Of a stretch of DNA of 64,000 bases, positions 55,577 through 64,000 are shown one piece after another; within the stretch, counting starts at the first letter, position 1, and the number at the start of each line of letters is the position of its first letter. The notes under the pieces were generated by a model. It ran no database searches and was not told the origin of the DNA. It worked only from the letters and a program-made list of their open reading frames with translations. The DNA is from Acidimicrobiia bacterium (GTDB lineage Bacteria; Actinomycetota; Acidimicrobiia; Spongiisociales; ZC4RG35): contig DATBKE010000125.1 in assembly GCA_036556085.1 (NCBI GenBank), positions 33,008 through 97,007 on the forward strand, read 5' to 3'. Both the position numbers and the translations under genes were made by a program.

Positions 55577-58500
55577 ATGTCGTTTGCGGAGGGGAGATCG
55601 AGGTCGTTCGCCCATCTCCACCTTCACACGGAATACTCCATGCTCGACGGCGCCGCCCGGATCAAAGACGTGGTCGAGGCGGCGGCGGCCGATGGTCAGA
55701 CGGCCGTGGCAATCACCGATCACGGCGTCATGTACGGAGTGGTGGATTTCTATCAGGCCGCCACCTCCGCCGGCATCAAACCGATCATCGGGATCGAGGC
55801 TTATGTAGTCGAGGGCTCACGCTTCGACCGGCCCCGAGCGGCGGAAAACCAGCGGATGCACATGACCCTGTTGGCGACCACCCAAACCGGCTATCGCAAC
55901 CTGATCAAGCTCTCCTCCCTCGCCTACCTCGACGGCTACTACTACAAGCCCCGGATGGATTCCGATCTCCTCAGCCGCTATTCGGAGGGGATCGTGGCGA
56001 CCTCGGGATGTCTCAGCGGGCCGGTGGCGCGTCATCTCGCACCCGATGGCGCCCGGGAGGAGGCCGGCCCGAGGACAGTGCGCGACTTCGATACTGCCTT
56101 GAAGGCCGCCGCCCACTACCAGGACATCTTCGGCCGGGAGAACTTCTTCATCGAGCTGCAAGACCACGGCCTCGATGCCCAACGCCGTGTGACCCCCGAC
56201 CTGCTCGAGATCTCCCACCGGATCGGGGCACCGCTTCTCGCCACCAACGACGCCCACTACACCCGCCAGGGTGAGGCCGACGCCCACGACGTCCTTCTCT
56301 GCATCCAGACCGGCTCCAACCGTGACGAACCCAACCGTCTCAAGTTCGACAGCACCGAGTTCTATCTCAAGACGGCGGCCGACATGCGGCGCCTTTTCCC
56401 CGAGGAAACCTATCCCGGGGCGTGCGACAACACCCTGCTGATCGCCGATCGCACGGAGGTCTCACTCGAGTTCGGCCGCTACCTGTTGCCGCAATTCCCG
56501 GTGCCGGAGGGACATACCGAATCGTCCTATCTCGAGCATCTCGTCATCGAAGGCGCTCGCCGCCGCTACGGGGAGATTTCGGGAGAGATCGGGGACCGCA
56601 TCCGGAGCGAGCTGGCCGTGATCAGCGAGATGGGCTTTCCCGCCTACTTCCTCATCGTCTGGGACCTGATCCGTTTCGCCCGGCAGCGCCGGATCAGAGT
56701 CGGGCCAGGGCGGGGGTCCGCGGCCGGATCGATCGTCGCTTACGCCTTGCAGATCACCGATCTCGACCCCATCGCCCACGGCCTGATCTTCGAGCGCTTC
56801 CTCAATCCCGGCCGGCGCGAGATGCCCGACATCGACATGGACTTCGACGAGCGGTACCGGGGCGAGGTGATCCGCTACGCCGCCGAAAAATACGGGTCCG
56901 ACCATGTCGCTCAGATCGTCACCTTCTCCACCATCAAGGGAAAGCAGGCGATTCGAGACTCGGCCCGGGTCCTCGGACATCCCTACGCCATTGGGGACCG
57001 GATCGCCAAGGCCATGCCCCCGCCGATCCTCGGACGGGAGGCGCCTTTGCGGGTGGTGCTCGAGCCGTTGGCCGCGGATGCCTCTCCGGATGAGCGCAAC
57101 TTCCACTCCAACGCCACCGAATTGCGGTCGCTCTATGCCAACGATCCCGTGGCGCGCGAGGTCATCGACATGGCCCGGGGGCTCGAGCATCTGCGGCGAC
57201 AGGATTCGATTCACGCCGCGGCGGTGGTGATCTCGCCCGAGCCCTTGACCGAGCTGGTGCCGGTGCAGCGCAAGGGGGAAGACGCCGAAGTCGTCACCCA
57301 GTACGAGATGAACGGCATCGCCTCTCTCGGCCTCTTGAAGATGGACTTCCTTGGTCTTCGCAACCTCTCGATCATCGAGCGCACGATCGAGCTCGTCGAG
57401 GGCGGACAGGGCACCAAGATCGACATCGACAAAGTCCCCCTCGACGACCCGGCGGTCTTCGAGCTGTTGAAGAGCGGCGACACCATCGGAGTCTTCCAGC
57501 TCGAAGGCACCGGTCTCCGGGCCCTGGTGCGCTCGCTAGCCCCCGACCGGTTCGAGGACATCGTGGCCCTGGTGGCGCTCTACCGGCCCGGCCCGCTGGG
57601 GGCGCAGATGCACACCGCCTATGCCGATCGCAAGAACGGACGATCGAAGGTGGAGTATCCGCATCCGGCGTTGGAGCCATTCCTCAACAACACCTACGGG
57701 ATCATGGTTTATCAAGAGCAGGTGATGCAGGCCGCCCAGGCGATGGCGGGCTACACCATGGCCGAGGCCGACGAGCTGCGCTCGGCCATGGGCAAGAAGG
57801 TCAAAGCCAAGATGGCGGCCCATCGTCAGAAGTTCATCGCCGGCTGCGAGAAGCTCGGTCACCCCCAGAAGGTCGGCGCCGATCTTTTCGACGCGATCGA
57901 GCCCTTTGCCGGCTACGGCTTCAACAAGGCCCACGCCGCGTGCTACGCCTTGATCGCCTACCAGACCGCCTGGCTCAAGGCCTATCACGCCCCCGAGTAC
58001 TTGGCCTCGCTGCTCACTGCCACCAAGCGCGACAAGGAGCGGACCGCGGTTTACCTGGCTGAGTGTCGTAACCAGGGAATCGATGTCCTCGTGCCCGACG
58101 TCAACGAGTCCGAGGTCGACTTCACCGTTCGAGACGGCAAGATCCGCTTCGGCCTCTCAGCCGTTCGCAATGTCGGAGAAGGAGTGGTGGAGAAGATCAT
58201 CGCTGCACGCTCCGAACGGCCCTTCACGGACTTCTTCGACTTCGCCGATCGCGTCGACCTCCTGGCCCTCAACAAGCGGACGGTGGAGTCGCTGATCAAG
58301 GCGGGTGCCTTCGACGGGATGGGTCATAGCCGCAAGGGTCTCTTCCTCCGCTACGAGGAGATCCTTGACTCCACGGTTGAGCGCCGCCGCAACGAAGAGC
58401 TGGGTCAGTTTTCACTCTTTGCCGCTGAGGTGAGCGAGACCAGCCCCATCCACGACGAGATGAGCAACGCCGAGTGGTCGACCAAGGTCAAGCTCACTTT

Positions 58501-59092
58501 CGAGAAGGAGATGCTGGGGCTGTACGTGTCCGATCACCCGCTCTTGATGGTGGGGACCACCCTCGCCATCGAGACGGAGCCGATCAGCTCCCTGAGCGAG
58601 AAACAGGATCGAGCTTCGGTGACGATCGGTGGCTTGGTGGCGGGGATCAATCGCCGCTACACCAAGAACAACGAGTTGATCCTCTTCCTCCAGGTGGAGG
58701 ACCTCGACTCATCGGTCGAGGTGGTGATGTTCCCCCGGGTAGTGGAGGAATTCGGCCAGCTCATCACTCCCGATGCCATCGTGCTCATCGACGGGTCGGT
58801 CGACCAGCGCGGAGACGAGGTAAAGGTGCGGGCGCGGACGGTGCGCGAGTTGAAGATTCGGACCGACTCCACGGTTCGCCTTCGGATCGCGGCCCGCGCC
58901 ATCTCGGCCCGATTGGTCGGCCAGCTCAAGACGATTCTTCAGAGCCATCCCGGGCCAGCGCCGGTGATGTTGCAAATGGAAACGGGCGAATCCCACAAGG
59001 TGCTCCGCTTCGACGACCGCCACCGGGTTGAGCCCTCCTCGACCCTCTATGCCGAACTCAAGGCCCTGCTCGGTCCCGGGGCCGTCGTTTAA
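55577..59092 (+). CDS. dnaE: DNA polymerase III subunit alpha
   Basis: 1171 aa; PHP domain HLHLHTEYSMLDG, palm/fingers, and an OB fold. Confidence 0.95.
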   Translation: MSFAEGRSRSFAHLHLHTEYSMLDGAARIKDVVEAAAADGQTAVAITDHGVMYGVVDFYQAATSAGIKPIIGIEAYVVEGSRFDRPRAAENQRMHMTLLATTQTGYRNLIKLSSLAYLDGYYYKPRMDSDLLSRYSEGIVATSGCLSGPVARHLAPDGAREEAGPRTVRDFDTALKAAAHYQDIFGRENFFIELQDHGLDAQRRVTPDLLEISHRIGAPLLATNDAHYTRQGEADAHDVLLCIQTGSNRDEPNRLKFDSTEFYLKTAADMRRLFPEETYPGACDNTLLIADRTEVSLEFGRYLLPQFPVPEGHTESSYLEHLVIEGARRRYGEISGEIGDRIRSELAVISEMGFPAYFLIVWDLIRFARQRRIRVGPGRGSAAGSIVAYALQITDLDPIAHGLIFERFLNPGRREMPDIDMDFDERYRGEVIRYAAEKYGSDHVAQIVTFSTIKGKQAIRDSARVLGHPYAIGDRIAKAMPPPILGREAPLRVVLEPLAADASPDERNFHSNATELRSLYANDPVAREVIDMARGLEHLRRQDSIHAAAVVISPEPLTELVPVQRKGEDAEVVTQYEMNGIASLGLLKMDFLGLRNLSIIERTIELVEGGQGTKIDIDKVPLDDPAVFELLKSGDTIGVFQLEGTGLRALVRSLAPDRFEDIVALVALYRPGPLGAQMHTAYADRKNGRSKVEYPHPALEPFLNNTYGIMVYQEQVMQAAQAMAGYTMAEADELRSAMGKKVKAKMAAHRQKFIAGCEKLGHPQKVGADLFDAIEPFAGYGFNKAHAACYALIAYQTAWLKAYHAPEYLASLLTATKRDKERTAVYLAECRNQGIDVLVPDVNESEVDFTVRDGKIRFGLSAVRNVGEGVVEKIIAARSERPFTDFFDFADRVDLLALNKRTVESLIKAGAFDGMGHSRKGLFLRYEEILDSTVERRRNEELGQFSLFAAEVSETSPIHDEMSNAEWSTKVKLTFEKEMLGLYVSDHPLLMVGTTLAIETEPISSLSEKQDRASVTIGGLVAGINRRYTKNNELILFLQVEDLDSSVEVVMFPRVVEEFGQLITPDAIVLIDGSVDQRGDEVKVRARTVRELKIRTDSTVRLRIAARAISARLVGQLKTILQSHPGPAPVMLQMETGESHKVLRFDDRHRVEPSSTLYAELKALLGPGAVV

Positions 59093-59104
59093 AAGATCGG
59101 TCCA

Positions 59105-59163
59105 GCAGCAAACCTAAGGTTTGGTGCTGCGGAAACCGCATGCTGGAACCTTAGGTTTGCGCT
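59105..59163. repeat. palindromic intergenic element, copy 2 (AAACCTAAGGTTTGG...GCGGAAACCGCATGC...CCTTAGGTTTG)
   Basis: Arms GCAAACCTAAGGTT / AACCTTAGGTTTGC around a GCGGAAACCGC core. Same architecture as 3937..3990. Sits in the 74-bp convergent gap between dnaE and the HAD gene. Confidence 0.5.
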
Positions 59164-59166
59164 CAC

Positions 59167-59943
59167 TCAGCGGCGGGTGCGCTCGGCCAGGCGGCCCTGA
59201 TAGCGACCGAGCGCATAGGTGCCTAGGGCGAGACCACCAGCGGCACTGGTGCCGAGCCCGAGAGCGATGGCGCGTTTGGTCTTCCGAGCGAATATCACCA
59301 CGGGCCACCCACGGTCGTGAGCGACCCGCTCGAGGTCCCGATCCGGGTTGACCGCCACCGGATGGCCCACCGCCTCGAGCATCGGCAGGTCCGAGATCGA
59401 GTCGGAATAGGCATAAGAAGCGGCCAGGTCGTAACCCCGCTCGTCGGCCAGCTCCTTGATCGCCTCGACCTTTCCTTGGCCGTAGACAAACGGTCCGTCG
59501 AGTTCATCGGTGAAGTACCCGTCGACGATCTTCCCCTTGGTGGCAATGGCCCCGGTCATGCTCAGGTTGGTGGCCAGGGGAGCGACGATGCCATGGGGTG
59601 AGGCCGAGACAATCCAGGTCTCGCGACCGGCTTCGTGGTGCATCTTCACGAGGCGCCTCGACTCGGGTCGCACCCGGTCGCTCAACCGGGGCAGCACTCG
59701 CGCCGCTACTTCGGCGAGGACATCGATCGACACCCCCTTGACATGGCCGAGGATGGCGGCCCTGGTTCCCTCCGACTTGTCCCCTTTGTCACCGAAGGCA
59801 AGAAAGGCCATGGCTCCGGTGGCGAAGCGGGCAATGTCGGCGTTCTTCACCAGACCCGCCCGCCAAGCCTCGACCGCGAAGGGAAAGATCGAAGCCCCCG
59901 AGATCAAGGTCCGGTCGAGATCAAAGAACGCCGCGGCAACCAT
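59167..59943 (-). CDS. HAD-IB family hydrolase (SerB-like phosphatase) with C-terminal TM helix
   Basis: FFDLDRTLISG motif I and a DxxxD-type C-terminal motif. ATG at 59943; the frame to 60117 is an artefact overlapping the ArsA gene. Confidence 0.75.
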   Translation of the reverse strand: MVAAAFFDLDRTLISGASIFPFAVEAWRAGLVKNADIARFATGAMAFLAFGDKGDKSEGTRAAILGHVKGVSIDVLAEVAARVLPRLSDRVRPESRRLVKMHHEAGRETWIVSASPHGIVAPLATNLSMTGAIATKGKIVDGYFTDELDGPFVYGQGKVEAIKELADERGYDLAASYAYSDSISDLPMLEAVGHPVAVNPDRDLERVAHDRGWPVVIFARKTKRAIALGLGTSAAGGLALGTYALGRYQGRLAERTRR

Positions 59944-59954
59944 CGTCGGCGAAG

Positions 59955-60977
59955 CTACCAAAGCTCCGGCCAGGCGCTGGCCTCGTCGACCACCGCTTCG
60001 AGGGTGTGGCGGTCGGTGGGATCCTCGGTGAGCCAGGGGATGGTCACCAGCGGTACCCGGAAACGAGCCGCAAATCCGTTGCGGGCGTCTCGTTGTCGGT
60101 GCGCCTCCGCCTCCCATCGCCTCAGGTTGTCGGCCAACGCCGTCGGGGTCCGAGGTGGAATTGCCGCCCCCACCCAGTCGGCGGGAAGGGTGCGATTGAA
60201 GATCACCGCTTTCGGGCTTGAAGCCACGTCAGGAAGCTCGATGAAGAATCGGGCCGCCTCCGACAAGGGGGCGGGATCGGCTGTCGTAACCACCAGGGTG
60301 GTCGCCCTCCGGAAGTGACCCTCGATGGCCCGCGATCGCCGGGAGACGCCGTCGTAAGTCGTGCGGAGATCCATGGCGAACTGCGCCACGCGCTCGAGGA
60401 GGTCGGAGCCGAGGAGCTGATCGGCGAAGCGCAGCAATGGTTTGGCGCCGCGATTGAAGAGCGCGGTCCTTCCCGGAATCCTGCCCCCGGTGAGGAGCCG
60501 GAGGAGCCGCCCGCCGACCAGCTCCGACATGCGGGCGGGGGCGGTGAAGAACTCGATCCCCCCGGCCGCCGGGGGAGTGTCGATCACCACCAGGTCCCAT
60601 TTGCGAGATTCGATGTAGGCGGTGGCTTCCTCGGCGGCGGCGTAGGACTGGGAAGCCGGGAAGTGAATCGTGGCCGCCTCGAAGAACTCGTTGGTGACCA
60701 ATCGATCGGCCACGTCGGGGTCGGCGTGGCGCCGGGCGACGGTGATCCAGGAGGCAGCCGAGTCGAGCATCCCCGCCGAGAGGGTTTCCAGCTCGGGATG
60801 CCTTCGGGGCCTTCCCCCCAGTTCGACGCCCAAGGCATCGGCCAGGCGCCGAGCCGGATCGACCGTCAGCACCAGGGTCTTCTTGCCTTGGCTGGCGGCC
60901 TTCACCCCCAGCGCCGCCGCGACCGTGGTCTTCCCCACCCCGCCGGCTCCGGTGACGACGATCGCCTTGCTCGCCAT
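59955..60977 (-). CDS. ArsA/GET3-family ATPase (second of tandem pair)
   Basis: MASKAIVVTGAGGVGKTT P-loop. A 1-nt start/stop overlap with the upstream ArsA gene. An alternative GTG start is at 60989. Confidence 0.85.
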   Translation of the reverse strand: MASKAIVVTGAGGVGKTTVAAALGVKAASQGKKTLVLTVDPARRLADALGVELGGRPRRHPELETLSAGMLDSAASWITVARRHADPDVADRLVTNEFFEAATIHFPASQSYAAAEEATAYIESRKWDLVVIDTPPAAGGIEFFTAPARMSELVGGRLLRLLTGGRIPGRTALFNRGAKPLLRFADQLLGSDLLERVAQFAMDLRTTYDGVSRRSRAIEGHFRRATTLVVTTADPAPLSEAARFFIELPDVASSPKAVIFNRTLPADWVGAAIPPRTPTALADNLRRWEAEAHRQRDARNGFAARFRVPLVTIPWLTEDPTDRHTLEAVVDEASAWPELW

Positions 60978-61810
60978 CATTCCCCCCACTCTTCGGAGAG
61001 CCGCGCTGCCACTTCGCTCTCAGTCAAGAGGCCAAACAGGTAGGGAAAGGTCTTGCGCGGTGGCAGGCGCTCCAGCCATTGCTGTTGGCGGCGATGGAGC
61101 GATCGGTGCATCGACGCCGCCTCAGCCACGACGCCGGTGCCTTTGGCCTCGGTGCCAAGCGGAGGCAGCACCCGGTTGGTGACCACCATGGTCGATCCGA
61201 TCAGCTTCTCCTTGGCGAGAACCTCGAGCGTCTCTTCCGTCTCGAGAGTCGGAAGCTCCTCGGGGAGCGTCACCAGCACCAGTTCGGATTGTTCCGACGA
61301 GTCGAGGATTTCGGACATCAAATCGGCCTGATGACGGATCCGGCCCGCCGGCACCAGCTCCGCCACGGTCCGGGGAGCCCGCAGCAGTCCCGTCACCTGA
61401 CCGGTAGGAGGGCAATCTCCCACCACGATGTCATAACGACGTTGCAGTACCTCCCAGATGACCTTCCCGAGAGTCACCACCTCTCGCACCCCCGGGGCAG
61501 TCGAGGCCAGGGCATCGAAGAATCGGGCCGCGGGTCCGAGGGTGGCAAGGCCGGGGATGCCCACCTGAACCTGTAGGTATTCGATCAGGGCCTTGGCGCG
61601 ATCGACGGTGAGCGCATCGAGACCGGGCTTCACCTCGACGGGCTTGAACTCGAGACGGGTGAGCCCGAGGTGGGCGGCGAGGCCCCCGGTTCCGGCCACG
61701 TCGATACCCAAAACCCGGGCGCCGGCGCGTTGGTGGGCCAGGGCCAGGCCCGCTGCAAGCGAGGACTTGCCAACGCCTCCTTTACCGGAGACGAGGATCA
61801 GCCGGGTCAC
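60977..61810 (-). CDS. ArsA/GET3-family ATPase (first of tandem pair)
   Basis: GTG start. LVSGKGGVGKSS P-loop and the DCPPTGQ signature. Confidence 0.85.
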   Translation of the reverse strand: MTRLILVSGKGGVGKSSLAAGLALAHQRAGARVLGIDVAGTGGLAAHLGLTRLEFKPVEVKPGLDALTVDRAKALIEYLQVQVGIPGLATLGPAARFFDALASTAPGVREVVTLGKVIWEVLQRRYDIVVGDCPPTGQVTGLLRAPRTVAELVPAGRIRHQADLMSEILDSSEQSELVLVTLPEELPTLETEETLEVLAKEKLIGSTMVVTNRVLPPLGTEAKGTGVVAEAASMHRSLHRRQQQWLERLPPRKTFPYLFGLLTESEVAARLSEEWGE

Positions 61811-62019
61811 GGATGAAGGGGAATGCGCAGCACCAGTTGGTCGTCTTCTACGACCCAGGTAGCGGCTGCGATCAATGAGAAATCAAGAAAGTCGGTCTCG
61901 GCCTGCTGGATCAGCAGCTTTCGTTCCTCCCCGGCGACCGGGGGAAGACCCCGCTCCCGTACGGCCTCGGCGCGGTCGCGATAACGAGCGATGACGGCGT
62001 CGACGTCGATCTCAGCCAT
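61807..62019 (-). CDS. hypothetical 70-aa protein, first gene of the ArsA-pair operon
   Basis: GTGA overlap with the downstream ArsA start. No SD. An A-rich promoter-like region lies upstream. Confidence 0.35.
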   Translation of the reverse strand: MAEIDVDAVIARYRDRAEAVRERGLPPVAGEERKLLIQQAETDFLDFSLIAAATWVVEDDQLVLRIPLHP

Positions 62020-62079
62020 CGGGGGAAGATATCAGAAAGACAAAAAGACAAAAGATGGAAGTCAAAAGATCCGAGATGA

Positions 62080-63819
62080 TCAGGGCGTCGAGGCGGCGAC
62101 GCGGCGGCTCTCGGCCCGGCGTTCGCTGTCGAGACGTTCGAGCTCGACATCGGAGTAATCCGCGAACTTCATCGCCCGGGCGATGGCGTGGTGACCGGCG
62201 ATGTCGGCGATCTGACGATGCATCTCGAGACCGACCCGCCGATAAGAGGGGTGTCCGGCGGGCTGAGTTCGCAGCTCGATCAGATGACAGGCCTGGCGGG
62301 CGTTCATCTCCATGACGAAGCGGATGTTGAAGCCGAAGGGCACCGCGTACTGGGCAACGTCCGGTCCCAACGCGGCGCGAGTGCTCTCGTAAAGCTCTCC
62401 GGCCTTCTCCATCACCCGGCGGAAATCGAAACCGAGGCCAACGTCTTCGATCTCGGGTGGGCATTGGTAACCGAGGCGAGTGCCGAGCCGTTGCCATTCG
62501 ATCGTCATCAACCGGTGCCGTTGCAAATCGCGGAAGGCACCAAAGTCGCAAGAGACGTCGAAGCGATAAGTCGTTCGCTCGAGGGCGCGCCCCGGTTTGT
62601 GGCGGCGGTTCTGCCGATCCCCGAAGAGGGCCGCCAACACCTGTGCCCGTTCGTCGAAATCCATCCCCCTCGCATGCGCCAGGAGATCGGCATCGCTCAA
62701 CTCCGACCCGGCATAGAGAGCGGCGGCAGCCAGCTTCAGTTCGGCGTCGGGGTCCCAGTCGGTCAAGGTCACCGTGACCTCGGTCTCGAAGGGCTCGATG
62801 AAGCTTCCCTCCGGCGCCAGATCCTCAAGCGCGCTCCGGGTCGACGAGAGATATTCGGACCAAGCTCCGCCCCGATCGGGCAGGTCCACCCGAGTGAGGA
62901 ACGAGGGAATCACCTTTCGAAGCTCATTGAGCATCATCTCCCCGTAGGACCGAACCTCCCCCAGGGGATGGGCGGCCATGCGGATCAATGCCATCTCATA
63001 GGCCTGCCCGCTCCCGTAGATGCCGACATTGGAAAGAGTCGAGGCGGGGAGCAGACCTCGCACCGTGTCGCAGGCCTTGGCGCGGATGGTGGCATTCCAA
63101 ACCCCGAGCGAGTCCTCGGCTTGACGGGGAAACCGCTCCTGAAAATAGGAGGTCATCTGTCGGACCATTGTCCGGTAGGTGTCGAAGGTCTCCTCCATGA
63201 ACGCCCGGTAGTCGGCTGCCAACGGGGACCCCTCGATCTCCTCTGGTACGAAGTAGCGATAGCCATCGCCGAGGGGGGCGTCGTAGGCGATGTAGCGGGT
63301 GGACTGTTCGAGATAGGAAGCGAGCCGTCCCCACTCGAGGACTTTGGTGAGGATGTTGGAGGCCTGCTCGCAGGCGAGGTGGACACCACCGAGTTGGGCG
63401 ACGGAGTCATCGCCGTATTCGAAGAAGACTCTTCGATAAAGGCTCTCCGCCCGCCTCTGATCGATCAGGGGATCGCTTCCGGTTTTGGATCCGAGGTTCT
63501 CCGCGATTGCCTCGATGCCGGCGTCGGGATCGGTCACGAATTCGTCGAGGAACAAGCGGCGGACCGACTTGGCCGATCGCGAGTAGCGGGCGAAGAGGGC
63601 CCCCTTGACCACTTCCGGAAGGTTGATGAGGGCAAAGACCGGCTGGTCGACATTGGTGAAGAACCGTTTCAGGACCGTGATTTCGGCGGCTGTAAACGGC
63701 TCCTCGAAGTACCCCACTGGACAGTCGAGTGTACCGAGCGATGCCGCTGCGGCCGGTAGCGTTGTCCCAGTGATGGTGTGGGTCCGCGCCCTGTTGCTGC
63801 TGCTCGTGCTGCTTGCCAT
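62080..63819 (-). CDS. ThyX (Thy1, flavin-dependent thymidylate synthase) family-like protein, double-length
   Basis: 579 aa with an ARYSRS-type N-terminal motif and an RHR(L)xT...QR motif resembling the ThyX signature; protein-like composition. The opposite-strand ORF 62188..63759 is G/E/P-rich junk. Confidence 0.5.
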   Translation of the reverse strand: MASSTSSSNRARTHTITGTTLPAAAASLGTLDCPVGYFEEPFTAAEITVLKRFFTNVDQPVFALINLPEVVKGALFARYSRSAKSVRRLFLDEFVTDPDAGIEAIAENLGSKTGSDPLIDQRRAESLYRRVFFEYGDDSVAQLGGVHLACEQASNILTKVLEWGRLASYLEQSTRYIAYDAPLGDGYRYFVPEEIEGSPLAADYRAFMEETFDTYRTMVRQMTSYFQERFPRQAEDSLGVWNATIRAKACDTVRGLLPASTLSNVGIYGSGQAYEMALIRMAAHPLGEVRSYGEMMLNELRKVIPSFLTRVDLPDRGGAWSEYLSSTRSALEDLAPEGSFIEPFETEVTVTLTDWDPDAELKLAAAALYAGSELSDADLLAHARGMDFDERAQVLAALFGDRQNRRHKPGRALERTTYRFDVSCDFGAFRDLQRHRLMTIEWQRLGTRLGYQCPPEIEDVGLGFDFRRVMEKAGELYESTRAALGPDVAQYAVPFGFNIRFVMEMNARQACHLIELRTQPAGHPSYRRVGLEMHRQIADIAGHHAIARAMKFADYSDVELERLDSERRAESRRVAASTP

Positions 63820-64000
63820 TGGCCTAGCGGCGCTGCCGATTCTGGTCCTTCTCGACCTCCTGGGAGGAGGAACCGGTTACGGGCTCTGCGAGGGTGGGCT
63901 CTCGGCCTGCCCTGAGCGCTATACCGCCGGTCCGGTGTTGGCGGTCTACCTGGTGATCTCGTTGATGCTGGTGGTGGCGCTGATCAGAATCGTCACTCAT
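63773..64000 (+). CDS. small hydrophobic protein, partial (runs off window end)
   Basis: Reads MVWVRALLLLLVLLAIGLAALPILVLLDLL...; overlaps the annotated ThyX-like 5' end by ~47 bp. Confidence 0.25.
   Translation, partial: MVWVRALLLLLVLLAIGLAALPILVLLDLLGGGTGYGLCEGGLSACPERYTAGPVLAVYLVISLMLVVALIRIVTH

Noticed and set aside
62188-63759. 523-aa + strand ORF
   Set aside because: Antisense to the ThyX-like gene. G/E/D/P-rich with no secondary-structure-like periodicity; the minus-strand frame has the protein-like composition and motifs.
1-64000. CRISPR arrays, tRNA/rRNA genes
   Set aside because: No regularly spaced direct repeats, and no tRNA-like acceptor/T-arm sequences (e.g. GGTTCGAATCC-type) were found on visual scanning. 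The cloverleaf search was by eye only.

Overview
High-GC (~65%) actinobacterial chromosome segment, with gene order resembling Streptomyces-type actinomycetes. Most of it is a conserved housekeeping backbone. Reading left to right:

- 1–9.2 kb: ilvB (minus strand, truncated at the window start) with a candidate leader-peptide attenuator; a coiled-coil/NYN-domain protein; type II NADH dehydrogenase; a small Cys4 ORF; queG; alpha-glucan phosphorylase; ilvD.
- 9.2–16.4 kb: a block of small accessory genes — small membrane protein, metallophosphoesterase, VanY-like M15 lipoprotein, SRPBCC protein, ArsA–HSP20 fusion ATPase with a coupled 59-aa ORF, ROK kinase, DUF1232 protein, F420-type LLM oxidoreductase, alanine-type aminotransferase.
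- 16.4–17.6 kb: a 1.19-kb segment bounded by perfect 16-bp inverted repeats, carrying one DUF559/AbiEi-like gene (REP13E12-like). It sits between the aminotransferase and ltaE.
- 17.6–23 kb: ltaE, then a complete fabD-fabH-fabG-acpP-fabF operon.
- 23–32.4 kb: two membrane proteins, dinB, a DUF3040 protein, a MerR regulator, the MoxR–DUF58–transglutaminase triad (minus strand), two coupled hypotheticals, and a standalone HNH endonuclease.
- 32.5–49.6 kb: the dcw cluster from mraZ to divIVA (mraZ, rsmH, ftsL, ftsI, murE, mraY, murD, ftsW, murG, murC, murB, ftsQ, ftsZ, pgeF, yggS, sepF, yggT, divIVA). There is no murF between murE and mraY, and no ftsA.
- 49.6–64 kb: ileS (minus), a dksA/traR-like gene, lspA, rluD, a rhomboid protease, dnaE; then a minus-strand operon of two ArsA-family ATPases plus a HAD hydrolase and a small ORF; a double-length ThyX-like gene; and a partial small membrane ORF at the window end.

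No rRNA, tRNA or CRISPR was recognised.

Non-coding signals worth follow-up: the ilvB leader/terminator; a ~55-bp palindromic element present after both ndh and dnaE; GTGGG direct repeats (MraZ boxes) over the mraZ promoter; a MerR-type dyad promoter; and a perfect 15-bp stem hairpin after ilvD.

Many long ORFs in the six-frame track run antisense to conserved genes and were rejected as high-GC artefacts.
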